From contig CAZXEE010000001.1 in the NCBI GenBank assembly GCA_964639785.1, forward strand, positions 243,832 through 307,831: a stretch of DNA of 64,000 nt, read 5' to 3'. The notes beneath the pieces are model-generated. The model saw nothing but the letters and a program-made list of their open reading frames with translations. It ran no database searches and had not been told where the DNA came from. The stretch is from an uncultured Gammaproteobacteria bacterium (GTDB lineage: Bacteria; Patescibacteriota; Patescibacteriia; Patescibacteriales; UBA12465). Both the position numbers and the translations under genes were made by a program. Of this stretch, positions 16,938-25,269 are shown in pieces (the stretch's first letter is position 1; the number at the start of each line of letters is the position of its first letter).

Positions 16938-18470
16938 ATGTCTTTCCGTAAAAAAATCATCATTTTTGTCATCCTGGTTTCATCCGGACTTTTGATTTTT
17001 TTATATTCTTCTCTCTTATTCGTCTTGAATAAGAATTTTTCTTATTTGGAAGATGATGCTGTCGACCGCCGCTTGAAAAGAGTGGAGAGCGTTGCTAATA
17101 CTTATTTTAATTCATTGAAATCCAAAGCTTATGACTGGGGCGAATGGGATGAAGCTTATGATTTCACGGTTGACCAGAACCAGGTTTTTGTCGAGAGTAA
17201 TTTGAATGATATCTCTTTGATAAACTTAGATGTTAATGCCATAGCTTTTGTGGACAATGATGGTAACGTCCAGGGTGTGGCAGCTTATGATTTCGTTACC
17301 GAGAAGACTGATCCGGATTTTCTCAATTTGCTTAAAGGAGAGCTGACCGATCCTTATTTCAAGAAGTATTTTATGTCTAACGATTATCAGCAGGGTATAG
17401 TGCTTTTCTCGGGTGATCGTCCGCCGTTCCTCATGGTTTCCAAGCAGGTTTTGCGTAGCGATAAGAGCGGACCAGCTTTGGGCCATGTCTTCATGGGTCG
17501 CTTCTTAGATGAGGCTTTCGTCAATTATCGTTTTGGCGATATCGCCCTGTATTCCACCATGCTGGAGCGGGTTGATAGCGCTAAACTGCCCAATGATTTT
17601 TTGGAGGCTAGGAACAGACTGATTCTGAATGATAGCTATGTCATTTCTCCTAAAAATTCCCAGAATATTTATGGTTACTCTCTCTTCAAGGATTACAGCA
17701 ATAATCCGGCTTTTGTTTTTCGGATCGAGACCGATCGTCTGCTTTACCAATATGAGATTAATATCCTGATATACATCTCAGTCTTATTATTCGCGATGAT
17801 CCTGATATTCGTCTTGTTCTTCTTGTGGATGATTAATCGGGTGTTTGTCAGCCGTTTGATTAAGATGTTTAATAAGGTGGAGGAATACAAGAAGAATCCG
17901 GATGCGGAGGATATCGATATCAGCATTCCTGGCAAAGATGAATTGTCGGCTTTGTCAGATGAATTTAATAATCTGGTCAAGGAATTGGCTGATTCCCGTA
18001 ACTTCTATCGTAATCTTTTAGTCCGTTTGCCGGATATCGTTATCTTAGCCAAAGCTGGACGGGCTATCTATGTCAATGATGCTTTTGAGGCCGCTACTGG
18101 CTTCAAGAAGGAGGATTTTATGGGCAAGGATGTCTTCAGTTTTGTCAGTCCGGAATATCAGGACGTAGTCAATCAGAACATGAAGATGCGCTTCTCTGGA
18201 GTGGATGTCGAACCTTATATCATCAAGATAGCGACCAGCAAGAAAGATCTCTATGCCCGGGTTAATGCGAAAGTTATCAATTATCAGGGAGACAAAGTGG
18301 ATCTGATCGTGTTGACCGATGTCAGCGCGACGATTGAGAGCCAGAAGAATGTGGAGGAGAAGGTCGATGAATTGGAGCGTTTGAACCGGATTATGATCAA
18401 TCGAGAATTGAAGATGATGGATCTCAAGAAGAAGATTGAAGAATCTGACAATGCTAACCAGAAGAAATAG
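16938..18470 (+). CDS. Membrane sensor protein: CHASE4-like extracytoplasmic domain, HAMP-like linker, PAS domain and coiled coil, with no transmitter domain
   Basis: TM1 IIIFVILVSSGLLIF. YDWGEWDEAYDF..VFVESNL pattern (CHASE4-like). TM2 ILIYISVLLFAMILIFVLFFLW. PAS-like ..ILAKAGRAIYVNDAFEAATGFKKEDFMGKD... No H-box or ATPase motifs. Confidence 0.6.
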   Translation: MSFRKKIIIFVILVSSGLLIFLYSSLLFVLNKNFSYLEDDAVDRRLKRVESVANTYFNSLKSKAYDWGEWDEAYDFTVDQNQVFVESNLNDISLINLDVNAIAFVDNDGNVQGVAAYDFVTEKTDPDFLNLLKGELTDPYFKKYFMSNDYQQGIVLFSGDRPPFLMVSKQVLRSDKSGPALGHVFMGRFLDEAFVNYRFGDIALYSTMLERVDSAKLPNDFLEARNRLILNDSYVISPKNSQNIYGYSLFKDYSNNPAFVFRIETDRLLYQYEINILIYISVLLFAMILIFVLFFLWMINRVFVSRLIKMFNKVEEYKKNPDAEDIDISIPGKDELSALSDEFNNLVKELADSRNFYRNLLVRLPDIVILAKAGRAIYVNDAFEAATGFKKEDFMGKDVFSFVSPEYQDVVNQNMKMRFSGVDVEPYIIKIATSKKDLYARVNAKVINYQGDKVDLIVLTDVSATIESQKNVEEKVDELERLNRIMINRELKMMDLKKKIEESDNANQKK

Positions 18471-18491
18471 GCTTTTGGCCGTGCTCAAATT

Positions 18492-20555
18492 ATGAAGTAT
18501 ATAAATAGCAAGCCGACAATTTTTTTCGTTAATATCTTAGCCAGTTTTTTTCTGGTTTTTAGTTTTTTGTTCGTCTATTTGAGCTTCAATTATTTTGACG
18601 CCGCTTCCAAGGTAGTTTCCAGTCAGTCTAATGATTTCTTGCTGGTGGAAAGTGCCAACAATCTTTTGACCGATTGGAACAGGTCATTATTCATGATGGA
18701 TCGTAGCCTGGAAGATGAAAGTTATCAGCCGACCGTTGAACAGGAGAATTTTTATACGGACCAGTCTAAGCATAATCTGGATATCATGAAGGATTATTAT
18801 GCTTCTTCCAATGAGAAATATAGCCAAAGTCCAGACTTAGCGGAAGTTTTCTTGAATATCGGCAATGATATCAATATGCTGGATTCTTATTCGGCCCAGT
18901 TCTATAATTACATCCGCCAAGGCAATCGGGAAGCGGCTCATTCTCTGCGTCATAAGGAGGTTTATCAACTGCAGAATAGCTTGAATAGCAATATCAATTT
19001 GTTCGTAGATAAGGTTAGGCAGCAGAATTTCGCTTCCGGCCAGCAGATCGTAGCCAAGCAAAGATCCGACACCCGCTGGTTCATATTTATTTTCTTCTTT
19101 TATTTTATTCTGGTCGTCGTAGCCCCGATCCTGATCTATCGGATGATCGGCCGTTATTTCAAGAATTTGCATCAGACTATCTACAAGATAATATCCGGCG
19201 ACTTGTCCCAGCGTCTCAAGGAGGATGCCGGTCCGTTGGAGTTCTGCGAACTAAGCAAGATTTTCAATAAGATGACTAGAAAATTGCAAGATTCAAACTC
19301 TTCGTTGGAAGCTAAGATTAAGGAAAAGGTTATGGCTTTAGATGAGCAATTGGCTCGGAGCAAGGAACAGGAATTATCTCTGGAAGAACAGAAGGAGGAT
19401 ATGGAAAAGACTAAGGCTTCAATTCTGAACGTGTTGGAGGATGTCAACGAAGAAAGGACTCGAGCCGACTCGCTCGCTCAAGATTTGCAGAAATTCAAAT
19501 TGGCCGTAGATAATGCTTCGGATTATATTGCTATTACCAATCGCGAGGGAATCATCCTTTATGCTAACCACGGAGTTGAGAAGATTACCGGATTTAGCAT
19601 TGAAGAAGCTTTGGGAAAAAAGGTTGGAAATAAGCAATTATGGGGTGGAAATATGCCGCTCGAATTTTATAAAGGATTATGGGACACTATCAAGGTCAAG
19701 AAACAGAATTTTGTCGGAGAGTTTAATAATCGACGAAAGAACGGGGAGGATTTTGTGGCTGCTATCAGTATCTCTCCGATCCTGAATGCTGCCGGCGATG
19801 TCGAATTCTTCGTCTCTATCGGACGCGATATTACCGTAGCCAAGAGAATCGATATGGCCAAGACGGAATTCGTTTCTTTGGCCTCGCATCAGCTCCGGAC
19901 TCCGCTGACATCGGTTAAGTGGCATGCTGAGATGTTGCTTGATGGCGATGCCGGTCCTTTGGGAGAAGAGCAGAAGGATTTCACCCAGGAAATTTACAAC
20001 AGCAATGAAAGGATGATCGATCTGGTTGATTCTCTTTTGGATGTTTCCCGTTTGGATTTAGGAACCTTAAAGGTTGAAGGTTTGCCGACCGATATTTTGG
20101 AATTGGTCAAAGGTTTGGTAGGCGAGGTCGGACCATTGATTGCCAAGAAAAAAGTTAAATTATTTGAGAAATATGACCAGAAATTGCCGATTATTGAGTT
20201 GGACAAGAAACTTTCATATATGATCATCCAAAACTTGCTGACTAATGCGGTCAAGTATAGCCGTTCCGGCGGAGAAGTGACGATTGAGATCAAGAATGAT
20301 GGAGCTAAGCAGATTCTAGTCAAAGTAACCGACCAGGGCTATGGTATCCCGCTTCAAGATCAAGATCGGATTGCTTCTAAATTGTTCCGAGCTGACAATG
20401 CCCGGAAGATGGAGCCGGATGGCAATGGCTTAGGATTATACATTGTCAAATCGATTGTCAATCAAGCCGGCGGAAAATTCTGGTTCGAATCTAAGGAGAA
20501 TGAAGGTTCTACCTTCTTCGTTTCCTTGCCGATTAAACTACCTAAGAAAAAATAA
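18492..20555 (+). CDS. Sensor histidine kinase (TM sensor, HAMP, coiled coil, PAS, HisKA, HATPase_c)
   Basis: H-box FVSLASHQLRTPLTSV, N-box LLTNAVKYS, and G-boxes DQGYGIP and GNGLGLYIVKSIV. Confidence 0.9.
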   Translation: MKYINSKPTIFFVNILASFFLVFSFLFVYLSFNYFDAASKVVSSQSNDFLLVESANNLLTDWNRSLFMMDRSLEDESYQPTVEQENFYTDQSKHNLDIMKDYYASSNEKYSQSPDLAEVFLNIGNDINMLDSYSAQFYNYIRQGNREAAHSLRHKEVYQLQNSLNSNINLFVDKVRQQNFASGQQIVAKQRSDTRWFIFIFFFYFILVVVAPILIYRMIGRYFKNLHQTIYKIISGDLSQRLKEDAGPLEFCELSKIFNKMTRKLQDSNSSLEAKIKEKVMALDEQLARSKEQELSLEEQKEDMEKTKASILNVLEDVNEERTRADSLAQDLQKFKLAVDNASDYIAITNREGIILYANHGVEKITGFSIEEALGKKVGNKQLWGGNMPLEFYKGLWDTIKVKKQNFVGEFNNRRKNGEDFVAAISISPILNAAGDVEFFVSIGRDITVAKRIDMAKTEFVSLASHQLRTPLTSVKWHAEMLLDGDAGPLGEEQKDFTQEIYNSNERMIDLVDSLLDVSRLDLGTLKVEGLPTDILELVKGLVGEVGPLIAKKKVKLFEKYDQKLPIIELDKKLSYMIIQNLLTNAVKYSRSGGEVTIEIKNDGAKQILVKVTDQGYGIPLQDQDRIASKLFRADNARKMEPDGNGLGLYIVKSIVNQAGGKFWFESKENEGSTFFVSLPIKLPKKK

Positions 20556-20557
20556 AT

Positions 20558-21301
20558 ATGCCAGACAAGAAAATTATCATTGCTAACTGGAAGATGAAGA
20601 TGCCATATCGGAAGGCTTCTGCTTCACTGAAAAAGTTTAGCTCTTTACCGATTCCATCAAGCATCCAAGCGGCTATCTGTCCGGACTTCATCAGTTTGCC
20701 GGCAGCCGCTGCAATCTTATCTAAAACCAAATTGGGGTTAGGAGCCCAGGACGCTGCTTGGGTGGACAGGGGCGCTTATACTGGAGAAGTGTCTCCGGTT
20801 GATTTGAAAAGTTTGGGAGTGAAATATGTCATTTTGGGCCATAGCGAGAGAAGGCAATACCTGTTTGAGTCCGATGAGCTGATCAATCAGAAATTAAAAG
20901 CAGTTCTAGCTGTTAAAGGCTTGGTCCCGGTTTTGTGTGTGGGAGAAAAGATTAGAGGAAAGAATCCGAAGGCCATCTTGTTTAAGCAATTGGAAGGCGC
21001 CTTGAAAGATATTAAATTGTCATCCAATCAATCTATTATTGTCGCCTATGAACCGATTTGGGCTATCGGCACCGGACGAGTGGTCAGCCCAGCTGAAGTT
21101 ACCTTGGCCCATCTTCTGATTAAGGGATTTTTGACCAAGAGATTTTCTCCGAGCCAGTGCTGGGTAATCTATGGTGGTAGTGTAGATGCCAAGAATTCAG
21201 CTAATTTTCGTGATATTATGGTGGTAGACGGACTTCTAGTTGGCGGCGCTAGCCTTGATCCGAAAGATTTTTTGACGATTTGCCGGAATATGCTAAAATA
21301 G
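20558..21301 (+). CDS. tpiA: Triosephosphate isomerase
   Basis: IIANWKMK, ILGHSERR, VAYEPIWAIGTG and YGGSV motifs. Confidence 0.9.
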   Translation: MPDKKIIIANWKMKMPYRKASASLKKFSSLPIPSSIQAAICPDFISLPAAAAILSKTKLGLGAQDAAWVDRGAYTGEVSPVDLKSLGVKYVILGHSERRQYLFESDELINQKLKAVLAVKGLVPVLCVGEKIRGKNPKAILFKQLEGALKDIKLSSNQSIIVAYEPIWAIGTGRVVSPAEVTLAHLLIKGFLTKRFSPSQCWVIYGGSVDAKNSANFRDIMVVDGLLVGGASLDPKDFLTICRNMLK

Positions 21302-21308
21302 GTTTCAT

Positions 21309-22103
21309 ATGTACGATATCATTCCTTTGATTCTCATCTTAATCAGCCTGATCATCATTATCGTGATCATTGTTCGCAAATTTCCGCAATTGGCGATTTT
21401 AGATGTGGAGAATATGCCCTCGGAGAAAGAAGGGAAGATCAAGGAGCAGATTATCAAGAGTCGCTTGGAACGGGATTTCACTAAATGGAATGTCCGGGTA
21501 GCCGATTTCTTGAAGGCGGCAGGCAAGCGTTTGAATTTTTTCAGTGCTTGGTTGGAGAGATTAAAAGAATTGAAAGAGAAGCGCCAGGAAGAGAAGAAGC
21601 TGTCTCAGATCAGCCAAGAAGAGAAGATCAGATTATTCATGGATCAGGCTCAAGAGTTGGTAAAGAAAGAAGATCAGGAATCATTGTCTGAGGCAGAAGC
21701 TAAGCTGATTGAAATCGTCAGCCTGGATCAGAAATATTTGCCGGCTTTTATCGAGCTGGGTGAAGTCTATGCTAAGCTCAAGAAGTATGCTGAAGCTAAA
21801 CAGACTTTCATTTATGCTTTGCGTTTGTTGGAATTGAAGAATGACCCTAAGACTGAAGCGGAAATCAACTATCAATTGTCTTTGGCTAATGAGAATCTGG
21901 ATAACCTTGACGAAGCTAGGGATAATATTATAGAATCATTAAGGATCGAGCCTAACCATCCGCGCTACTTGAATACTTTGCTGGATTTAGCTATTATGCA
22001 GAAGGACAAGGCTCTGGCCCAAGAAACCTTAGACCGTCTAGTGGAAGTTAATTCGGAGAATCAGAAGATAGGCGAGTGGCAGGCCACGATTGATAATTTA
22101 TAA
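21309..22103 (+). CDS. Membrane-anchored TPR-repeat protein
   Basis: N-terminal TM IIPLILILISLIIIIVII. C-terminal TPR-like helices (..LGEVYAKLKKYAEAKQTFIYAL.., ..NLDEARDNIIESLRIEPNH..). Confidence 0.6.
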   Translation: MYDIIPLILILISLIIIIVIIVRKFPQLAILDVENMPSEKEGKIKEQIIKSRLERDFTKWNVRVADFLKAAGKRLNFFSAWLERLKELKEKRQEEKKLSQISQEEKIRLFMDQAQELVKKEDQESLSEAEAKLIEIVSLDQKYLPAFIELGEVYAKLKKYAEAKQTFIYALRLLELKNDPKTEAEINYQLSLANENLDNLDEARDNIIESLRIEPNHPRYLNTLLDLAIMQKDKALAQETLDRLVEVNSENQKIGEWQATIDNL

Positions 22104-22110
22104 TTTGTTT

Positions 22111-22183
22111 GCCGTTGTAGCTCAGCTGGTAGAGCATCTCCATGGTAAGGAGAAGGTCACCGGTTCAATCCCGGTCAACGGCT
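22111..22183 (+). tRNA. tRNA-Thr (anticodon GGT)
   Basis: Manual cloverleaf. Acceptor GCCGTTG/CAACGGC, D arm GCTC..GAGC, anticodon stem TCTCC/GGAGA with loop ATGGTAA, T arm ACCGG-TTCAATC-CCGGT. Confidence 0.9.
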
Positions 22184-22193
22184 CAGTATAGAA

Positions 22194-22226
22194 AGAATCA
22201 AGTTTTAGCTTGGTTCTTTTTGTTTT
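22194..22226 (+). terminator. Intrinsic terminator after tRNA-Thr
   Basis: AGAATCAAG-ttttag-CTTGGTTCT followed by a TTTTTGTTTTT tract. Confidence 0.65.
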
Positions 22227-22229
22227 TGT

Positions 22230-22258
22230 TTGACTTTTATTTAAATTCGTGTTAATAT
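22230..22258 (+). promoter_or_regulatory. Sigma70-type promoter
   Basis: TTGACT-N17-TAATAT upstream of the 22332-24064 gene trio. Confidence 0.55.
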
Positions 22259-22331
22259 ATCCCCAGGTATTCAAAAGAAAACAGACAGATGATATACTGG
22301 AAATAACTAATTAATCTATCTAATAAATCAT

Positions 22332-22628
22332 ATGGATTCAGTAAATAATAACCAATTAGAACAGGTCTTATCCGGCTTGTCTGAAGAAGAAAAGATCGAT
22401 GTCTTGAAAAAGATGGGGGCTGTCTCATACCAGAAGATCTTGCTCCGGGCTATGGATATCTTGAGTGAAGACAAGAAGACGGTCTTAGAATATCTGATGT
22501 CCCAGGATTCTTTTTCCCAGGAGGCCTTGATGGAATTTTTGCAGAAAGAAATACCTGACCTGGAAGCTATCGTCGAAGAAGAAACCAAGAAAACCGCCGA
22601 TGACTTTGTCGCTATCCTAACTAAGTAA
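22332..22628 (+). CDS. Hypothetical small acidic protein (98 aa)
   Basis: ORF with no recognised domain. First gene of a tightly packed trio. Confidence 0.5.
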   Translation: MDSVNNNQLEQVLSGLSEEEKIDVLKKMGAVSYQKILLRAMDILSEDKKTVLEYLMSQDSFSQEALMEFLQKEIPDLEAIVEEETKKTADDFVAILTK

Positions 22629-22632
22629 CAGT

Positions 22633-22812
22633 ATGGAGGATAATAATATTAGGAAGGAAAAAAATATCGAGACCGCCAAGGAGTACTTGTCCGAGCTCAA
22701 TTCTTCTTTACAAGAAATCGTAGCCGATAGCCGGCAGAAGATGGGCAATATCCTAAAGAAGCAAGAAGAGAAGAAGGTTAGCGATATTCTAAATGAATTA
22801 AAAGGAATGTAA
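22633..22812 (+). CDS. Hypothetical 59-aa protein (below the ORF-track cutoff)
   Basis: ATG 22633 to TAA 22810-22812 encodes MEDNNIRKEKNIETAKEYLSELNSSLQEIVADSRQKMGNILKKQEEKKVSDILNELKGM. It fills the gap exactly, 4 nt after the previous stop and 1 nt before the next ATG. Confidence 0.45.
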   Translation: MEDNNIRKEKNIETAKEYLSELNSSLQEIVADSRQKMGNILKKQEEKKVSDILNELKGM

Positions 22813-22813
22813 T

Positions 22814-24064
22814 ATGCCTAATTTTGAAAATAAGAACAAACAGGAAGAGATCAATGTCTTTCCTACGTCTGAACTTAGCCCGGAGAAGGATCCGCTTAGT
22901 CCGGAAAATTCTTGGGAAGACATCAAGAATGAAGTTGAGAGCCGAGGCGAAGCTGCTGTCAGCGAATCCCTGGGCAATATTAACCGTGACTTTGAGAATT
23001 TTTTGATGGCTACCAAATCAGAGGCCGGTCCGGCTGCCGAGTTGGAAACTATCAAGGCTGAAGCTGAGGCTAAAGTAGCGGAAAAGAAAGGCGACTTTAA
23101 GGGAAAGCTTGAGTCTTTGGAGGAAGCTCCTGATAATAAGGCAGAGAGCCAGGAAGACCATTTGAATTCAGTTAAGGCTAATTATGCTGAGGCTAAGGCT
23201 TTAGAGAAGGAATTGAAAGACTGCAAGGATCCAGTTAAGAAATTCGAATTGGAATATCGTTTGAAAGACAAGAAGGATGCTTTGGAAAAATCGGAAGCGG
23301 CCTATAAGAGCTCTTTGGGCGAGAAGGTCAAGGAAGGTTTCAAGAATGATCCAGAGATGAACCAGGCCAAGGCCTTGAAAGAAATCATCTTGCCAGGACT
23401 TAATACTTTAGAACAAGAGAAGATCAATGCGCTTCCAGTCAAAGAAAAGAATTTGATTCAGAAAGCTTTGCAGATAGCCGGTAAGCATTTGCCAAAAGGA
23501 AAATTAGCTCGGACTCTGACTGTGGCCAGTGCTATTGCCGTGGCTAGCGTAGCTTTAGGTCCGGCTGCCGCCGGCAGTCTGCCGGTTTATCTTGGCGCCA
23601 AGATCGGGCGTTCATTGGCCGGTTCTTTCGTGGGTGAGAAAGTCAGTGAAATGGTAGAGCATGGAATGAATAAGAAATCAGAAAAGCGCCAGGCGGAGAA
23701 TCTGGAGAAGATGAATTTTAGCAAAGAAGATATTGATAACTCAGTGGATGAGTTAGTAAAAATGGGAGAAGCTGAGTTGAAGAGCCAGAAAGTCCAAGAT
23801 AAGATCAAAAAGTTCGTTAAGATCGGTACTCACATCGCTGTGGCTGGTGCCACTATGGCCGGATTGGAATTAGCCGAAATGGGAATCCATCATGCTGTGG
23901 CTGGAGCGGCTGAAGCCAGCGTTGAGGCCGGTTCGCATGCCGCTGGAGCTTCTACTTTAGCAGCTGAAGCCTTCGTGGTCAGCAGTAAACACGCTGGTTT
24001 AGATTTAGCAGTTGATAAGACTGTGGAAAAGGCGGTTGACCTCCATTTAGAAGATGCTATTTAA
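22814..24064 (+). CDS. Hypothetical protein with a coiled-coil N-terminal half and an Ala/Gly-rich hydrophobic C-terminal half (416 aa)
   Basis: KE-rich helical region followed by LTVASAIAVASVALGPAAAGSLPVYLGA and IAVAGATMAGLELAEMGIHHAVAGAA segments. Confidence 0.55.
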   Translation: MPNFENKNKQEEINVFPTSELSPEKDPLSPENSWEDIKNEVESRGEAAVSESLGNINRDFENFLMATKSEAGPAAELETIKAEAEAKVAEKKGDFKGKLESLEEAPDNKAESQEDHLNSVKANYAEAKALEKELKDCKDPVKKFELEYRLKDKKDALEKSEAAYKSSLGEKVKEGFKNDPEMNQAKALKEIILPGLNTLEQEKINALPVKEKNLIQKALQIAGKHLPKGKLARTLTVASAIAVASVALGPAAAGSLPVYLGAKIGRSLAGSFVGEKVSEMVEHGMNKKSEKRQAENLEKMNFSKEDIDNSVDELVKMGEAELKSQKVQDKIKKFVKIGTHIAVAGATMAGLELAEMGIHHAVAGAAEASVEAGSHAAGASTLAAEAFVVSSKHAGLDLAVDKTVEKAVDLHLEDAI

Positions 24065-24086
24065 TTGATTTTAGAGTTTTATTTAT

Positions 24087-24113
24087 AAAAAGGGCCAATT
24101 TGGCTCTTTTTTG
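24087..24113 (+). terminator. Intrinsic terminator
   Basis: AGGGCCA-att-TGGCTCT followed by TTTTTTG. Confidence 0.55.
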
Positions 24114-24122
24114 TTTGTTTTA

Positions 24123-24151
24123 TTGACAAAAATAATAAAATATGATATAAT
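24123..24151 (+). promoter_or_regulatory. Perfect-consensus sigma70 promoter
   Basis: TTGACA-N17-TATAAT. The -10 overlaps the ORF-track start at 24151, which argues for ATG 24208 as the real start. Confidence 0.7.
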
Positions 24152-24207
24152 TGGCCTACAATGAATGTTGTTTAAAAACTGAATATAAACAAAAAAAACC
24201 ATATAAC

Positions 24208-25251
24208 ATGAACCAAAATTCTAAGGTTGATTTCAGCACTAAGAAGCTGGACGCCATCAGTATCTATTTGACCATCGGAGTTTCCGTGGTCGTCGGCCTC
24301 TTGGCCGCCATTCCGTTTTATTTCTTCCTTGGAGCCGCTTATAGCCTTCTAGGCTTTATCCTGGCGATGATCGTTTCCGCTTTTATCATTTTTGCTTATT
24401 CTTTCGTTAACGTCCAGAAAGTTCCTGAAAACCATGTTTGGTTGATTGAATTCTGGGGCGGTTTCCATGTCATCTGGGCAGCCGGCGGACATTTCTACTT
24501 TCCGCTGTTCAGTTGGATTGAGATGCGAGAAGAAATCTTTTTGGGAGAAGAGGAGATAGAATTATTTCCTAGCCAAGGAGATCTGATCGACTTGGAAGAT
24601 ACTTCTTGTCACTTTGATGCCTATTTAGTTATCAAGGTAAAAGATCCTTATCTGGCCGTTTATAATATTGCCAATTTCAAGGAAGCAGTTAGAATCCAAG
24701 TGGCCGGATTGCTTCGGTCTCATTTGAGTAAATCCACCCTAGACCAGGCCAATGAAATGAAGTTGGAATTAGATCTTCCTCGCATTATTTCCGAGGCCAA
24801 AGATGGCAAAGATTGGAAGGCGACAAGATTCTACATCAACATTCTGGAAGATTGGGGTGTGGAGCTTTGCAAGATGTTCGTTGACGATCTTGATATGTCA
24901 GCTGATGATATTGCTAAGCGTAAGCAGAAACAAGACGCCAAGATTGCCGAAGAAACTGCTCAGAACCGAAAACGGGTTAAGATTATCGAAGCCGAAGGCG
25001 AAGCCGAAGCTATTAAGCTGGTGGCTCAAGCTATGCAGGAAAAACTGCAGAAAGAAGGTTTGGGCGTCGCTCAGCAGATTGAGGCCTTGGTAAAACAAGG
25101 ACTCACAGTTGAAGCCGCTACCGCCCTGGTTACTGACAGATTCAAATGGAGCCAGATCGGTGACAAGTCATTGATTATCGAAGGTAGTTCAGGCGCAGCT
25201 GGAGAAGGTGCCAAGTTTGGCGCCGGTATGAAAAAAAGTAATGAAATTTAA
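24208..25251 (+). CDS. SPFH/Band-7 (stomatin/prohibitin/HflK-C-like) membrane protein
   Basis: Two N-terminal TM helices, then VPENHVWLIEFWGGF.. and ..RKRVKIIEAEGEAEAIKLVAQA.., typical of SPFH domains. Confidence 0.75.
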   Translation: MNQNSKVDFSTKKLDAISIYLTIGVSVVVGLLAAIPFYFFLGAAYSLLGFILAMIVSAFIIFAYSFVNVQKVPENHVWLIEFWGGFHVIWAAGGHFYFPLFSWIEMREEIFLGEEEIELFPSQGDLIDLEDTSCHFDAYLVIKVKDPYLAVYNIANFKEAVRIQVAGLLRSHLSKSTLDQANEMKLELDLPRIISEAKDGKDWKATRFYINILEDWGVELCKMFVDDLDMSADDIAKRKQKQDAKIAEETAQNRKRVKIIEAEGEAEAIKLVAQAMQEKLQKEGLGVAQQIEALVKQGLTVEAATALVTDRFKWSQIGDKSLIIEGSSGAAGEGAKFGAGMKKSNEI

Positions 25252-25269
25252 AGTTAGGAGGATTAAACA

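Noticed and set aside
24151-24207. Upstream extension of the SPFH gene (ORF-track start at 24151)
   Set aside because: The perfect -10 element TATAAT ends at 24151, so transcription would begin downstream of that codon. ATG 24208 gives a normal N-terminus.
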